A stretch of 64,000 nucleotides of DNA from an uncultured beta proteobacterium (lineage in GTDB: Bacteria > Pseudomonadota > Gammaproteobacteria > Burkholderiales > Burkholderiaceae_C): NCBI GenBank assembly GCA_963816315.1, contig CAWFJZ010000032.1:46030-110029 (forward strand). Reading direction: 5' to 3'. Under the pieces are notes generated by a model. It searched no databases, was not told where the DNA came from, and saw nothing but the letters and a program-made list of their open reading frames with translations. The stretch's first letter is position 1; each line of letters starts with the position of its first letter. This document shows positions 1 to 10,600 of this stretch, in pieces. The translations under genes were made by a program, and so were the position numbers.

Positions 1-288
1 CGCTTCGACAGCACACAAAGCGGAGGCCAGAACCTGGCGCGTTTCAAGAACGCGCGCATGGACGAGATCTACAAGCAGCTCTCTTCGCTGCCCAACGGGC
101 CCGAACGCCTGGCCCTGTTCAAGGAGGCCAAACAGATCAGCGTCGCCTACATGCCGTACAAGGGCCTAGGCCACCGCAAGTCCACCGACCTCTGGCACCC
201 CTGGGTCATCGGCTACAAGCGCCCGCTGTTCTGGCAGGAGTGGATGCACATGGTCGATATCGACCTGTCAAAAAAGCCGGCGCACTGA
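1..288 (+). CDS. ABC transporter substrate-binding protein, family 5 (C-terminal fragment, 5' end outside window)
   Basis: Frame open from the window edge. The tail (NGPERLALFKEAKQISVAYMPYK...WHPWVIGYKRP) parallels the C-terminus of the complete SBP gene that follows. Confidence 0.7.
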   Translation, partial: RFDSTQSGGQNLARFKNARMDEIYKQLSSLPNGPERLALFKEAKQISVAYMPYKGLGHRKSTDLWHPWVIGYKRPLFWQEWMHMVDIDLSKKPAH

Positions 289-297
289 GGATCTGCG

Positions 298-2088
298 ATG
301 AAGCGGCGCGACCTCCTTGCCGCCGCCGGCATCGCACCGGCCGCCGCGCTGGCGCAATCGCCCTCCGCCCCGTCGCGCAAAGTCTTGCGCGCTGCGTTCA
401 ACTTCGCCGAAACCGGGTTCGATCCGGTGCAGGTCGGCGACAACTCGTCGTTCATCGTCTGCGACCTGATCTTCGAGTCGCCGCTGACCTACGACCCGCT
501 CGGATTGCCGCCGCGCCTTGTGCCGGCCACCGCTGCGGGCATGCCGGAGGTGTCGGCCGATTTCAAGCACTTCGTGTTCACCATCCGCCCAGGCATCTAC
601 TTCGCCGACGACCCGGTGTTCAAAGGCAAGCCGCGCGAACTCGTGGCCGCCGACTACGTGTACGCGATCAAGCGCTTCTACGACCCGGCGGTGCGCACCG
701 AGCGCCTGTTCCTGTTCGAGAACGCAAAGCTCCTCGGCCTGTCCGAGCTGCGCAAGAAGGCACTCGAGGATCGCACGCCCTTCCCCTACGACGTGGAGGT
801 GCCGGGCCTGCGCGCACTCGACCGTTACCGCATCGAAGTGCGCCTGGCGCAGCCATCGCCGCGCTTCACGCAGAACTTCTCGACGCCACTGAACGTGCCC
901 GGCATGGCGCGCGAAGCGGTCGAAGCCTATGCGAGCGATCTGATGGCGCACCCGGTGGGCACGGGCCCGTACCGCCTGGCGCAGTGGCGGCGCAGTTCGC
1001 GCGTGGTGCTGGAACGCAACCCGACCTACCGCGAGGTACGCTTCAATGCCCAGGCGCCCGAAGGCGATGCACAGGCGCAGGCCACCGCGCGCGCCCTCGC
1101 CGGGCGGCGGCTGCCGCTGCTCGACCGCATCGAGATCAGCGTGATCGAAGAGTCGCAGCCGCGCTGGCTGGCCTTCGTCGGCGGCGAGATCGACACCATC
1201 CGCCTGCCGCCGGCCGTGGCGCCGCTGGCGATTCCGAACAACGAACTGGCGCCCTACCTGGCCAAGCGCGGCGTCTGGATGCGGCGCACGGTCACGGCGA
1301 CCGTGGCGCACACCTTCTTCAATTGCGAGGACGCGACGGTCGGCGGCACCACGCCCGACAAGGTGGCGCTGCGGCGCGCCATCGCGCTGGCGCACGACGC
1401 GCGCGACGAAGTGCGCCACATCTACAACGGCCAGGCCGTCCCCGCGCAATCGATGATGGCGCCGCACAACATCGGCTACGACCCGGCGTTGAAGACGCAC
1501 TTCTCCGACCACAGCGTGGCCCGCGCCAACGCGCTGCTGGATGTCTATGGCTACGACCGACGCGACGGCGAGGGCTTTCGCACGCTGCCCGGCGGCGCGC
1601 GCCTGGAGCTGCGCTACGCGACGCAGCAGGATCAGCGCTCGCGCAAACTGTCCGAGCTGTGGAGCAAGCACATGCACACGGTCGGCCTGCGCCTGCGCAT
1701 CGAGATCGCGCCCTTCGGCGAGCTCATCAAGCGCTCCCTGGCCGGCCAGTTGCAGATGTGGGGCTTCACCTGGAGCAACGGCCCGGACGGCGACTTCTTC
1801 CTCGGCCTGGCCTACAGCGCCAACGTTGATCAGAGCAACGACGCGCGCTTCAAGCTGCCGGCCTTCGACGCGCTGTACGAACGCCAGCGCGTGATGCCCA
1901 ACGGCCCCGAGCGCCTGGCGGTGATGCGCCAGGCCCTGAATCTGATGACGGCCTACGTGCCGTACATCCCGGCCCTGCACCCGATCGAAACCGACCTGTC
2001 GCATGCGCATGTGCGGCACCTGATCCGCCATCCGTTCAAGCCGACATGGTGGCACTTCACGGATCTGGCCGACACGCCCCCCGCCTGA
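298..2088 (+). CDS. ABC transporter substrate-binding protein, family 5 (peptide/opine/nickel type)
   Basis: 596-aa ORF with an N-terminal Tat/Sec-like signal (MKRRDLLAAAGIAPAAALAQ) and a length and tail typical of DppA/OppA-type SBPs. Paralogous to the upstream fragment. Confidence 0.85.
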   Translation: MKRRDLLAAAGIAPAAALAQSPSAPSRKVLRAAFNFAETGFDPVQVGDNSSFIVCDLIFESPLTYDPLGLPPRLVPATAAGMPEVSADFKHFVFTIRPGIYFADDPVFKGKPRELVAADYVYAIKRFYDPAVRTERLFLFENAKLLGLSELRKKALEDRTPFPYDVEVPGLRALDRYRIEVRLAQPSPRFTQNFSTPLNVPGMAREAVEAYASDLMAHPVGTGPYRLAQWRRSSRVVLERNPTYREVRFNAQAPEGDAQAQATARALAGRRLPLLDRIEISVIEESQPRWLAFVGGEIDTIRLPPAVAPLAIPNNELAPYLAKRGVWMRRTVTATVAHTFFNCEDATVGGTTPDKVALRRAIALAHDARDEVRHIYNGQAVPAQSMMAPHNIGYDPALKTHFSDHSVARANALLDVYGYDRRDGEGFRTLPGGARLELRYATQQDQRSRKLSELWSKHMHTVGLRLRIEIAPFGELIKRSLAGQLQMWGFTWSNGPDGDFFLGLAYSANVDQSNDARFKLPAFDALYERQRVMPNGPERLAVMRQALNLMTAYVPYIPALHPIETDLSHAHVRHLIRHPFKPTWWHFTDLADTPPA

Positions 2089-2135
2089 AACGGAAGAAGG
2101 CAGCCGCGCCGAGCGTATCCTGCTCACAGACCCGC

Positions 2136-2675
2136 ATGAGCGCCCCACCCGCCTTCCGCCAGCAACTGCTCGTCGCCATCCCGCGGCTGCGCCGCTATGC
2201 GCGCTCGCTGGTCTTCGACAGCGCCACGGCGGACGACCTGGTGCAGTCCGCGCTCGAACGTGCGCTCAACCACTGGCGGCAGTTCGACCCGAAGCGCGAC
2301 CTCGTGCTCTGGCTGCTGGCGATTGCGCACAACGCCTATCTCGACAGCCTGCGCCGCGACAAGCACCTCGACATCGTCTCGCCCGAGCGCGTGGCCGACA
2401 CGCTCGACCGCGAGCGCCGCCACGAGCCCGACATCGGCCTGCAGATGGACCTGACGGCTGCGCTGGCCCGCCTGGTGCCCGACCAGCGCAGCGCGCTGAT
2501 GCTGGTCATCGTCGAGCAACTCAGTTATGCCGAAGCGGCCGAAGTGCTGCACGTGCCCGAAGGCACGGTGATGAGCCGCGTCAGCCGCGCCCGCGTGCTG
2601 CTGCGCGGCTGGCTCGACGGCAGCGTGCAACCGGCCGCGCACATCAACAAGCCGGATTTGAGGCGGGTCATCTGA
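2136..2675 (+). CDS. ECF-type RNA polymerase sigma-70 factor
   Basis: Region 2 (DDLVQSALERALNHWRQFD) and region 4 HTH (LSYAEAAEVLHVPEGTVMSRVSRAR). Start moved to the internal ATG at 2136, after the upstream gene's stop. ATGA overlap with the next gene. Confidence 0.85.
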   Translation: MSAPPAFRQQLLVAIPRLRRYARSLVFDSATADDLVQSALERALNHWRQFDPKRDLVLWLLAIAHNAYLDSLRRDKHLDIVSPERVADTLDRERRHEPDIGLQMDLTAALARLVPDQRSALMLVIVEQLSYAEAAEVLHVPEGTVMSRVSRARVLLRGWLDGSVQPAAHINKPDLRRVI

Positions 2676-3490
2676 TGAACCAGCGCCCTGATTTCACCGA
2701 CACCGACCTGTCTGCCTGGCTCGACGGCGAAGGCAGCGCCGACGAGCGCGCACGCATCGAAGCGCATTTGCGCAGTGACGAACAGGCGGCCGCCAAGGTG
2801 CGCCTGTGGTCGGCCGACCGCGATGCGCTGCGCGCGCGTTTCGATGCCGTGCGCGGCGAAGCCGTTCCCGAGCGACTGGCTGACACGGTGGCCAACGGCA
2901 AAGCCTGGAGCGGGCGTTGGGCGCAAGCCGCGGCGGTGGCGGCGCTGCTCGCCACCGGCGGCGTCATCGGCTCGGCGCTGACGTGGCAAGTGCAGAGCCA
3001 GCGCGTGGCCAAGGCGCAGGCCGGCACGCCGGCGGGCTGGGTGCAGCGCGCGGCCTATGCGCACAGCGTCTTCGTGCCCGAGCCGCGCCACCCGGTGGAA
3101 GTGCGCGCGCAGGAAGAACACCTGTCGCGCTGGTTGACGCGGCGCATCGACATCCCCGTCAAGCTGTTCGACCTGCGCGACGAAGGCTTCGAGCTGATGG
3201 GCGGGCGCCTGCTGCCCGACGCCACGGGCAAGAGTGCGCAGCTGATGTACGACAACGCGCGCACCAAGGAGCGCGTCACCGTCTATCTGCGCAAGCCCGA
3301 CGCCGATGCACCGACGGCCTTCCGCTATTTGCAGCAAGGCGACCTCGGCACGTTCTATTGGGTCGAGGCCGGCGCAGGCTATGCGTTGGTCGGGCCGCTG
3401 CCGAAGGAGCGGCTGCTGGCACTGGCGCAGGCGATTTATCGGCAGGGGGTGGCGCCGGCGGCGGTGCCGGCCTCCGCGCCTGCGCGCTGA
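2675..3490 (+). CDS. anti-sigma factor (single-pass membrane)
   Basis: Translationally coupled to the ECF sigma gene (ATGA). N-terminal anti-sigma motif (LSAWLDGE...ARIEAHL), then a central hydrophobic segment (AAAVAALLATGGVIGSAL). Confidence 0.7.
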   Translation: MNQRPDFTDTDLSAWLDGEGSADERARIEAHLRSDEQAAAKVRLWSADRDALRARFDAVRGEAVPERLADTVANGKAWSGRWAQAAAVAALLATGGVIGSALTWQVQSQRVAKAQAGTPAGWVQRAAYAHSVFVPEPRHPVEVRAQEEHLSRWLTRRIDIPVKLFDLRDEGFELMGGRLLPDATGKSAQLMYDNARTKERVTVYLRKPDADAPTAFRYLQQGDLGTFYWVEAGAGYALVGPLPKERLLALAQAIYRQGVAPAAVPASAPAR

Positions 3491-3508
3491 AGCAACGCCA
3501 CAGGCGGC

Positions 3509-4426
3509 TCATTCACTCGACTTCATCGGCATCGTGGTTCTGCAGCGCGGATAGTTCTTGCATCCCCAGAAGGCCTTGCCGGCACGCCTGGACTCGCGCT
3601 CCATCAACTTGATTCCGCAGTTCACGCAGGTGGGTCGCCAGTAGTCCCCTTCAAGCGCCACGCTCAACAGCTCCGCCTGTTGCTGCGGACTGCGCTGCGC
3701 AATCAGGTCCAGCAAGCGATCAATGTCGAGCACGTTGATGTTGTTAGCTCGGGCAAACTCAACGGCGTCACTGCTGAAGGTCGATGTCGTGGCGAACTGC
3801 CCGCGCGCTACCGAGTGCGCCGCCATCACGCCGCGCAGCTCGCGAATCTTGTCGACGCCAACTCGTTTGCCGGTCCAGTGCTTGCACTGCACCAAGCTGA
3901 CTGGCTGGCCGGGCTGGTTGCGCGAGTACAACCACACATCGACCCCCATATCGGCGCCATGCGATTGCGCCCTGGTTTCGAAACCCGCCTGCTGGAAGAG
4001 CCGCTCGACGACGGCCTCGAAACGCCGCCGCTCGATAGCGTCGAAAACCTCGGCGCCCCAATGCACCGGCGCTTCGAGGCGTGCGTTGGCAGATACCCGC
4101 TCGGCAACGTTGCGCAGCAACTCTGTGACGGTGCGATCCACAACATCGTCTCTGGTCGCGAACGGCGTCCGTGGCGGGCGAACAGGCGAAGCGGTGACAC
4201 CGGTCCCGCGTACAACACTGCGGCGACGCCCGAGCCAGACCAAGCCGCCGCCCAGCACAAGCAACAACAGTCCCAACGGCAACAGCGCCTTGACGACGCC
4301 ACCCATCATCAGCGTGTCGCCGAAGAACAGGCTGGTCACAGTGATCGCCAAACCAATCAACAGAAGGCGCGCAGCCGCGTCAAACAGTTCCTCTTTGGCG
4401 CTCGCTTTCCTGCTGCGGCGGCTCAT
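3509..4426 (-). CDS. membrane-anchored Mrr-like restriction endonuclease domain protein with C-terminal topoisomerase-type C4 zinc finger
   Basis: N-terminal TM segments (LLLIGLAITVTSLFF, ALLPLGLLLLVLGGGLVWL). Mrr_cat-like core (GVDVWLY...VQCKHW...VGVDKIRELRGV...ATTSTFS). C-terminal CVNCG...FWGCKNYPRC zinc ribbon. Confidence 0.75.
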   Translation of the reverse strand: MSRRSRKASAKEELFDAAARLLLIGLAITVTSLFFGDTLMMGGVVKALLPLGLLLLVLGGGLVWLGRRRSVVRGTGVTASPVRPPRTPFATRDDVVDRTVTELLRNVAERVSANARLEAPVHWGAEVFDAIERRRFEAVVERLFQQAGFETRAQSHGADMGVDVWLYSRNQPGQPVSLVQCKHWTGKRVGVDKIRELRGVMAAHSVARGQFATTSTFSSDAVEFARANNINVLDIDRLLDLIAQRSPQQQAELLSVALEGDYWRPTCVNCGIKLMERESRRAGKAFWGCKNYPRCRTTMPMKSSE

Positions 4427-4476
4427 GACTCAGCGCCCATTGCCCTCACCCTCTCGATGCCTTCTGCAAGCCTATT

Positions 4477-4989
4477 TTAGGGAAGGAGGTAAAGCCAGTC
4501 ACCCACTTGCACATCCATCGCCGTGGCCTGCGCCGCATCGGCACGGGCAAACCCCAGCCTCTCGAGCAGTCGCCACGAGCGTTCGTTGCGCCGGTCCACC
4601 GTGGCCATGCATTGCGTGACGGCGTAGTGCGCGATCAGGTGCTCGATCATGGCCCGCGTGGCTTCGGTGGCGATGCCTTGGCCCGACTGCGCATGCGCCA
4701 CCTGGTACGCGACCCAGGCGCGGCGGTCCACCTGCACCGTGGCTTGCACGAAGCCGATGGCATCGCCTTCGCCCAGCACGATGGCCCAGTTGAGCCAGTG
4801 CTCGCGTCCATCGCCCGAGCGGCGTGATTCGAGTTTGCGGTAACGCTCGCGCAAGGCTTCGAGCGACGCCGGCGCACCATGGTCCAGATACTCGAACTGG
4901 AGCGGATCGCACAGCATCGGGTACAGCGCATCGGCATGCGCGGCCACGAGCGGCTCCAGCACGAGGCGTTGTGTGTGCAGTGTTTGCAT
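4477..4989 (-). CDS. GNAT family N-acetyltransferase
   Basis: 170-aa reading from the internal ATG (MQTLHTQRLVLEPL...) with an acetyl-CoA motif (AQSGQGIATEATRAMIEH). The rest of the 431-aa ORF is off-frame shadow over ampG. Confidence 0.8.
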   Translation of the reverse strand: MQTLHTQRLVLEPLVAAHADALYPMLCDPLQFEYLDHGAPASLEALRERYRKLESRRSGDGREHWLNWAIVLGEGDAIGFVQATVQVDRRAWVAYQVAHAQSGQGIATEATRAMIEHLIAHYAVTQCMATVDRRNERSWRLLERLGFARADAAQATAMDVQVGDWLYLLP

Positions 4990-5022
4990 CGCTGCGCATT
5001 GTGTGCTCCCTAGAATGCCGCG

Positions 5023-6621
5023 ATGCCCCTGACCGACACCGCCGCCGTGGCGCACCGCCCGCACCGTTTCGCCGCCTGGCAGCGCGCTGTCGTCGTCGTC
5101 GTGCTCGGCTTCGCGTCGGGCTTGCCGCTGGCACTCACCGGCCAGGCGATGCAGGCCTGGCTGTCGATGGAAGGGCTCGATGTGGCCACCATCGGATTCC
5201 TCTCGCTGGTCGGCCTGCCCTACACCTTCAAGTTCTTGTGGGCGCCGTTGATGGACCGCTTCGACCTGCCGTGGCTCGGCCGGCGGCGCGGCTGGCTGGT
5301 GTTGACGCAGCTCGCGCTGGCCGTGGCGCTGTTCGTGCTCGCCGGCGTGTCGCCGAAGGGCGCGACGCAGGCCTTTGCGCTGATGGCCGTCGCCGTGGCT
5401 TTCATCTCGGCGTCGCAGGACGTGGTCATCGACGCCTACCGCACCGACATGCTGCCCGCGGCCGAGCGCGGCATCGGCGCGTCGCTGAACATCGCCGGCT
5501 ACCGCATGGCGATGATCCTGTCGGGCGGCATCGCGCTGATCTGGACCGACGCGCAGCAGGGCGGCGGCTGGAGCTGGCCCGACGTCTATCGCTTCATGGC
5601 CTGGTTGATGGTCGGCGCGGCGGTGTTGTCGGCGACGCTGCTGCCGCGATTGAACGTGGCCGCGGCGCCGCAGAGCGTGCCGCGCAACGACCTGATCGGC
5701 TTCGTCGCCGTGATCGCCGCGGTGGCCGCGGGCTACCTCGTCACCGACCGCCTCGTCGCGCCGGCGATGCATTCGCTGCTGGCGCCGCTGTGGCAGGGCA
5801 GCACGCTGAGCGCGAATCTGCAGGGCCGCTGGGCCGATCTGGCGGCGCTGCTCGCCGGCATCGCGATCACGCTGCCGCTGGCGGCGTTTGCCGCGCGGCG
5901 CGCCAAGTTCGAGACGCTGCTGTCGGGCTTGTCGAACTACTTCAGCACGAAGGGCGCGGCGGCGTTTCTGATCCTGATCGTGCTCTACAAACTCGGCGAC
6001 GCTTTTGCCGGCTCGCTGATGACGCCGTTTCTGCTCAAGGCGATGGCGTATTCGCCGGCCGAAGTCGGCGTCGTCAACAAGGTGCTCGGCCTGTGGCTGA
6101 CGATCGCCGGCGCGCTGATGGGCGGCGCGCTGATGATCAAGCTCGGCCTGTGGCGCTCGCTGATGCTGTTCGGCGTGTTGCAGATGGCGAGCAACCTCGC
6201 CTTCTGGTGGCTGGCCGTCGGCGGCAAGGGCACGATGGGCGCGCTGACGATTCCGGCGTTCGACTGGCAGTTCGTGCAGCTCGCGTCACCCACGCCGGTC
6301 GATGGCGCGCTGCTGATGGCGGTGGCGGTGGAGAACCTCACCGGCGGCATGGGCACCGCGGCCTTCGTCGCCTTCCTGATGAGCCTGACCAACCAGCGCT
6401 TCACCGCCACGCAGTTCGCGCTGCTGTCGGCGTTTGCGTCGATCGGCCGCGTCTGGGTCGGGCCGCTGGCGGGTGTGCTGGCCGAGAGCATCGGCTGGCC
6501 GACGTTCTTCATCGTGTCCACCGTGGCCGCGGTGCCCGCGTTGGCGCTGCTCTGGTGGCTGCGGGCGAGCGTGCGCGCGCTCGACCACAATCCTTCGACG
6601 GTGTCTGCAGAGGAGTCGTGA
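5023..6621 (+). CDS. ampG: AmpG family muropeptide MFS permease
   Basis: 532-aa multi-TM protein. The N-terminus (LGFASGLPLALTGQAMQAWL...GLPYTFKFLWAPLMDRF) is characteristic of AmpG. Confidence 0.85.
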   Translation: MPLTDTAAVAHRPHRFAAWQRAVVVVVLGFASGLPLALTGQAMQAWLSMEGLDVATIGFLSLVGLPYTFKFLWAPLMDRFDLPWLGRRRGWLVLTQLALAVALFVLAGVSPKGATQAFALMAVAVAFISASQDVVIDAYRTDMLPAAERGIGASLNIAGYRMAMILSGGIALIWTDAQQGGGWSWPDVYRFMAWLMVGAAVLSATLLPRLNVAAAPQSVPRNDLIGFVAVIAAVAAGYLVTDRLVAPAMHSLLAPLWQGSTLSANLQGRWADLAALLAGIAITLPLAAFAARRAKFETLLSGLSNYFSTKGAAAFLILIVLYKLGDAFAGSLMTPFLLKAMAYSPAEVGVVNKVLGLWLTIAGALMGGALMIKLGLWRSLMLFGVLQMASNLAFWWLAVGGKGTMGALTIPAFDWQFVQLASPTPVDGALLMAVAVENLTGGMGTAAFVAFLMSLTNQRFTATQFALLSAFASIGRVWVGPLAGVLAESIGWPTFFIVSTVAAVPALALLWWLRASVRALDHNPSTVSAEES

Positions 6622-6630
6622 CCATGGTCG

Positions 6631-7551
6631 TTGATGATGATGTTTCCTGCTCGTGCCCGATGCACCTGCTGCGCTCGCGGCGTCTGTTCACCAGCCTGCT
6701 CGCCGGCGCGGCGTTGCCGGTGTGGGCGCAGCAGGACAAGAAGCGCTGCCGCCGACGAAGGTGTGAAGCGCGACGTCGGCAAGGAAAGCAAGTTCACCAA
6801 GCTCATCTCGGCTGAACAGATGGAAGGCGCGGCGCAGAAGCAGTACGCGCAGATGCTGACGCAAGCGCAGCAGCAACGCGCGCTGGCGCCGGACAGCCAC
6901 CCGCAGGTCGAGCGCCTGCGCTACATCGCGCAGCGCCTGATCCCGGCCACCGAGGGCTGGAACTCGCGCGCCAAGCAGTGGAAGTGGGAGGTCAACCTGC
7001 TCGGCAGCAAGGACCTGAACGCGTTCTGCATGCCCGGCGGCAAGATCGCCTTCTACTTCGGCATCCTGTCGCAGCTGCAACTGAGCGACGACGAAGTGGC
7101 GACGATCATGGGCCACGAGATGGCGCATGCGCTGCGCGAACACGCCCGCGAGCGCATGGGCAAGACGGCGGCCACGCGCCTGGGCGCCGGCGCGCTGTCG
7201 GCGCTGCTCGGCCTGGGCAACGTCGGCGACGCCGCGTTGAACATGGGCGCGCAGATGCTGACGCTCAAGTTCAGCCGCGAAGACGAAAGCGAAGCCGACA
7301 TCGTCGGCATGGACCTCGCCGCCCGCGCCGGCTACGACCCCGCCGCCGGCGTGACGCTGTGGCAGAAGATGATGGCCGCGGCCAAAGGCGCGCCGCCGCA
7401 GTTCATGTCCACGCATCCGGCGGGCGAAACGCGCATCCGGGACATCGAAGGCAAGCTGGGCAAGGTGCAGCCCATCTACTCGCGGGCGGCGAAGCCGGAG
7501 CGCAAGTTCGCGCCGCCGGCCAAGGCGGAGGCGGCGGCGCCGAAGAAGTAG
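6631..7551 (+). CDS. M48 family metallopeptidase (N-terminus probably disrupted by a frameshift)
   Basis: HEMAHALREH zinc motif and downstream ESEADIVG. A good signal peptide (MHLLRSRRLFTSLLAGAALPVWAQQ, ATG 6660) lies in a different frame and joins the body near 6741-6750. Confidence 0.75.
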   Translation: MMMMFPARARCTCCARGVCSPACSPARRCRCGRSRTRSAAADEGVKRDVGKESKFTKLISAEQMEGAAQKQYAQMLTQAQQQRALAPDSHPQVERLRYIAQRLIPATEGWNSRAKQWKWEVNLLGSKDLNAFCMPGGKIAFYFGILSQLQLSDDEVATIMGHEMAHALREHARERMGKTAATRLGAGALSALLGLGNVGDAALNMGAQMLTLKFSREDESEADIVGMDLAARAGYDPAAGVTLWQKMMAAAKGAPPQFMSTHPAGETRIRDIEGKLGKVQPIYSRAAKPERKFAPPAKAEAAAPKK

Positions 7552-7676
7552 TTTTGTTTGCCGCAGGGCCAATGCGTTGCTGCTCGCAGCGCCGGCCTGG
7601 GATCAGAATCGCCAGGCAGTCCAACGAAAGGGCCTGCCGTGATCCTGCGCCTGCGCTGCAACGCGAGGCCTGCGCC

Positions 7677-10600
7677 ATGAGCGGCGAGGTGGCGCCGACG
7701 CCGCCGGCGCCTGCGGGGCGCCCGGCGCAGCGTCGTCAATACCTGACGATGCTGTTCGCTGACCTGAGCGACTCGACCCGCCTCGGCGCGAGCATGGAAG
7801 CCGAGCTGTATGCAGCCCTGCTGCAAGAGTTGCATCAGCTCTACCACGATGGCGTCGCACGCTACGGCGGCCAAGTGGTGCGCATGCAGGGCGACGGCAT
7901 GTTGGCCGTGTTCGGCCTCGGCGAGCCGAGCGAGGATGACGGCCGGCGCGCCACGGAGGCCGCGCTCGCGCTGCACACCGCCGTCAAGGCGCTGGCGACT
8001 CGCCACCGCGGGGATCTCGCACCGGGTTTGAATCTGCACAGCGGCATTCACGCCGGTTTGGTCTTGGTCAGCGAGGGCGACATGTTGCGCGGCCGTGTCG
8101 ATCTGATGGGTCACGCGCCCAATGTCGCCGCCAAGCTGGCCGACGCCGCCAGGCAGGACGAGATCCTGGTCAGCGAGGGCACGCTGGGGCCGCACGCCCA
8201 CCGTTTCCGCGTCAGCGAGCGCAGCACGCTGAGTCCCGGCGGCGGCGACGCGCGGCTCTCGGTGCTGCGCGTGTCGGGTCTGGCGAGCAACGCCGACCGG
8301 TCGCTGGCAGGCCAGGTCGTGGGTCAACTGATCGGGCGCGAGCGTGAACTTGCCGACCTGCTGGCTGCGCTCGAGGCCGCGCGCGGCGGCACACCGGGCC
8401 GCATCGCGTTGCAAGGGCCGGCCGGCGTCGGCAAGTCGCGCTTGGCGCAGGCTTTTCTCGAGCAGTGCGCCGCGGCCGGCTGCACAGTGTTGCAAGGGGC
8501 CTGTGACGGCGTCGCATCGGGCAGCCCGCTGGGGCCCTTCGTGCAAATGCTGCGCACCTGCCTTGCGATGCCACAACAACAGCCGGCCAGCGAGGGCTTT
8601 GATGCGGCGGCCGGCGCGCTGGCCCGCCTGGGCATCGACGCGGCCAGCGAGCGCGCGGCGTGGGTTCAGTTGCTCGGCGCCGGCGATGGCCGCAGCGATG
8701 CCACGGTGCCGCCCAGCGCCCTGGTGGCCGCGCTGCTGCGGCTGACGCAGGCCCTTGCGGCCAGCGCACCGGTGGTGATGTTCATCGACGATTGGCACTG
8801 GGCCGACGATGCGAGCCACCACCTGCTGAGCCTGTTGTGCTCGGCGCCGAAGGCGTCGCGCCCCAGGCTGCTGCTGGTGCTCGCCGCCCGGGGCTTCAGC
8901 ACGCAAGACATCGGCCTGCTCGAAGCCTTCGAGCCGATCGAGTTGCAGCCGCTCGATGACGAAGCGACGGCGCGCTGCGTCGGCCAGTTGATGCCCCAGG
9001 CCAACCCGCTGCAGGCCGCCGAGGTTTGCCGCTACGCCGGCGGCAACCCGCTGTTCATCGAGGAGCTGTGTCACCGGCTGTCCCGCGGCGGCGCCATCGT
9101 CGCGTCGCGCGGCAACTCCGAAGACGCTGCCTGGCTCGATCTGCTGATCGAGTCGCGCGTGGCCCGGCTGCCCGACAGGCTGGCGGTGCTGGTGCGCAGC
9201 GCGGCGGTGCTCGGCTTCACCATGCCGGTGTGGCTGTTCGAACAGATCACTCAGTGCCGCGCCGACAGCGATGCGGTGCGCGCGCTGGCGCAGCAGGACC
9301 TGTTGTTCCCCGGCGAGCAACCCGAGACGCTTCGCTTCAAGCACGCCATCGCGCGCGACGCGATCTACCGCTCGGTGGGGCTGCACCAGCGCCGGGCGCT
9401 GCATCTGGCGGCAGCCACGGCGCTGCTGCAACGCAGCAGCACGTCGGCCGAACGCGAAGACGCCAGCGAGGCTCTGGCGTACCACTATGCCGCTGCCGGC
9501 GATGCGCAGCGTGCGGCTGACTTCGCCGTGCTGGCCGCGCAGCGGGCGATGCGTGCGTCGGCATTGGACCGCGCGCAAGCGCAGTTCCGCGCCGCGCTCG
9601 GTGCCCTCGACGGCCTCGACGTCAACCCCGACATGGCGCGGCAATGGGACCTCGCTGCGCAAGGCCTGGGCCTGGCTTGCGTCTTCGACCCTTCGAGCAC
9701 CGACCTGCCTTGGTTCGACCGCGCCATCGAGCTGGCGCGCGGAGCCGCCGACCCGCCACGGCTGGCGCGTGCGCTCTATTGGCGCGCCTACATCGACTAC
9801 GCCTTGGGCAACCAACGTCAGGCCGTGCAGGGTGCGCGCACCGCCTTGCAGGCCGCCGCCGATTGCGGCGATGCGAGGTTGCATGTGCAGCTTCAGGCCA
9901 CGCTCGGCCAGGCCCTGGTGGCCGCAGGCCGCAACGACGAAGCGCTGCCCTGGCTCGAGCGCGCCGTGGCCGTCAAGCGCGAACACCGCAGCGGCAAGGG
10001 CGCTGCGGTCGGGCTGGTCTATTCGCTGATCACCCTCGGCCACGCGCAAGCCGACCTGGGCCGTTTCGCCGAGGCCCAGACCGGCTTCGACGAAGCTTTT
10101 GCCCTGGTCGGCGGCGTGCCGCACGAGGTCATGGCCTCGGCCAAGGGCCTCTATGCCGCGGTCCTGCTCTGGCAGGGCCGTTGGGCCGAAGCGCAGGAGG
10201 CTGCGACGCAGGCCTATCGGATCGGCCAGCAGGTGCGCAGCCTGTTCACCTTGAGCATGGGCCGCGCGGCGGCAGCCTATGCGCGCTGGAAAGCGCAGGG
10301 CGAGGCCGCGGCGATCACGGAGTTGCAGGAGGCCACGGCGTGGCTGGTGCCGCGCGGCAACCGACTCTTCAGCTCACTCAACCACGGCTGGCTGGCCGAC
10401 GCGCTGGCGCATGCCGGCCAGCGGCAGGCGGCGCGCCACCATGCCGCGCAGGCCTTGCAGCGCGCACGTCAGCTCGACCCGCTGGGCGCGCCGCTGGCCT
10501 GCCGCGCCATGGCCGCACTCGCCGCGCGCGAAGGCGATGCCGCTGCCGTGCAGCGCTGGCTGCGCCGCGCCGGGCGTTGCGCGCAGGCGCGCGGCTCGCT

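Noticed and set aside
268-2148. Long antisense or off-frame ORFs throughout the core region. Examples: 268..2148 (-), 240..1829 (+), 7476..10124 (-), 32985..35483 (-), 33254..35185 (+), 28011..29360 (-), 24268..25788 (-).
   Set aside because: Each overlaps a gene with strong family motifs on the other strand or in another frame, and each shows the R/A/G/P-dominated composition of GC-shadow ORFs.
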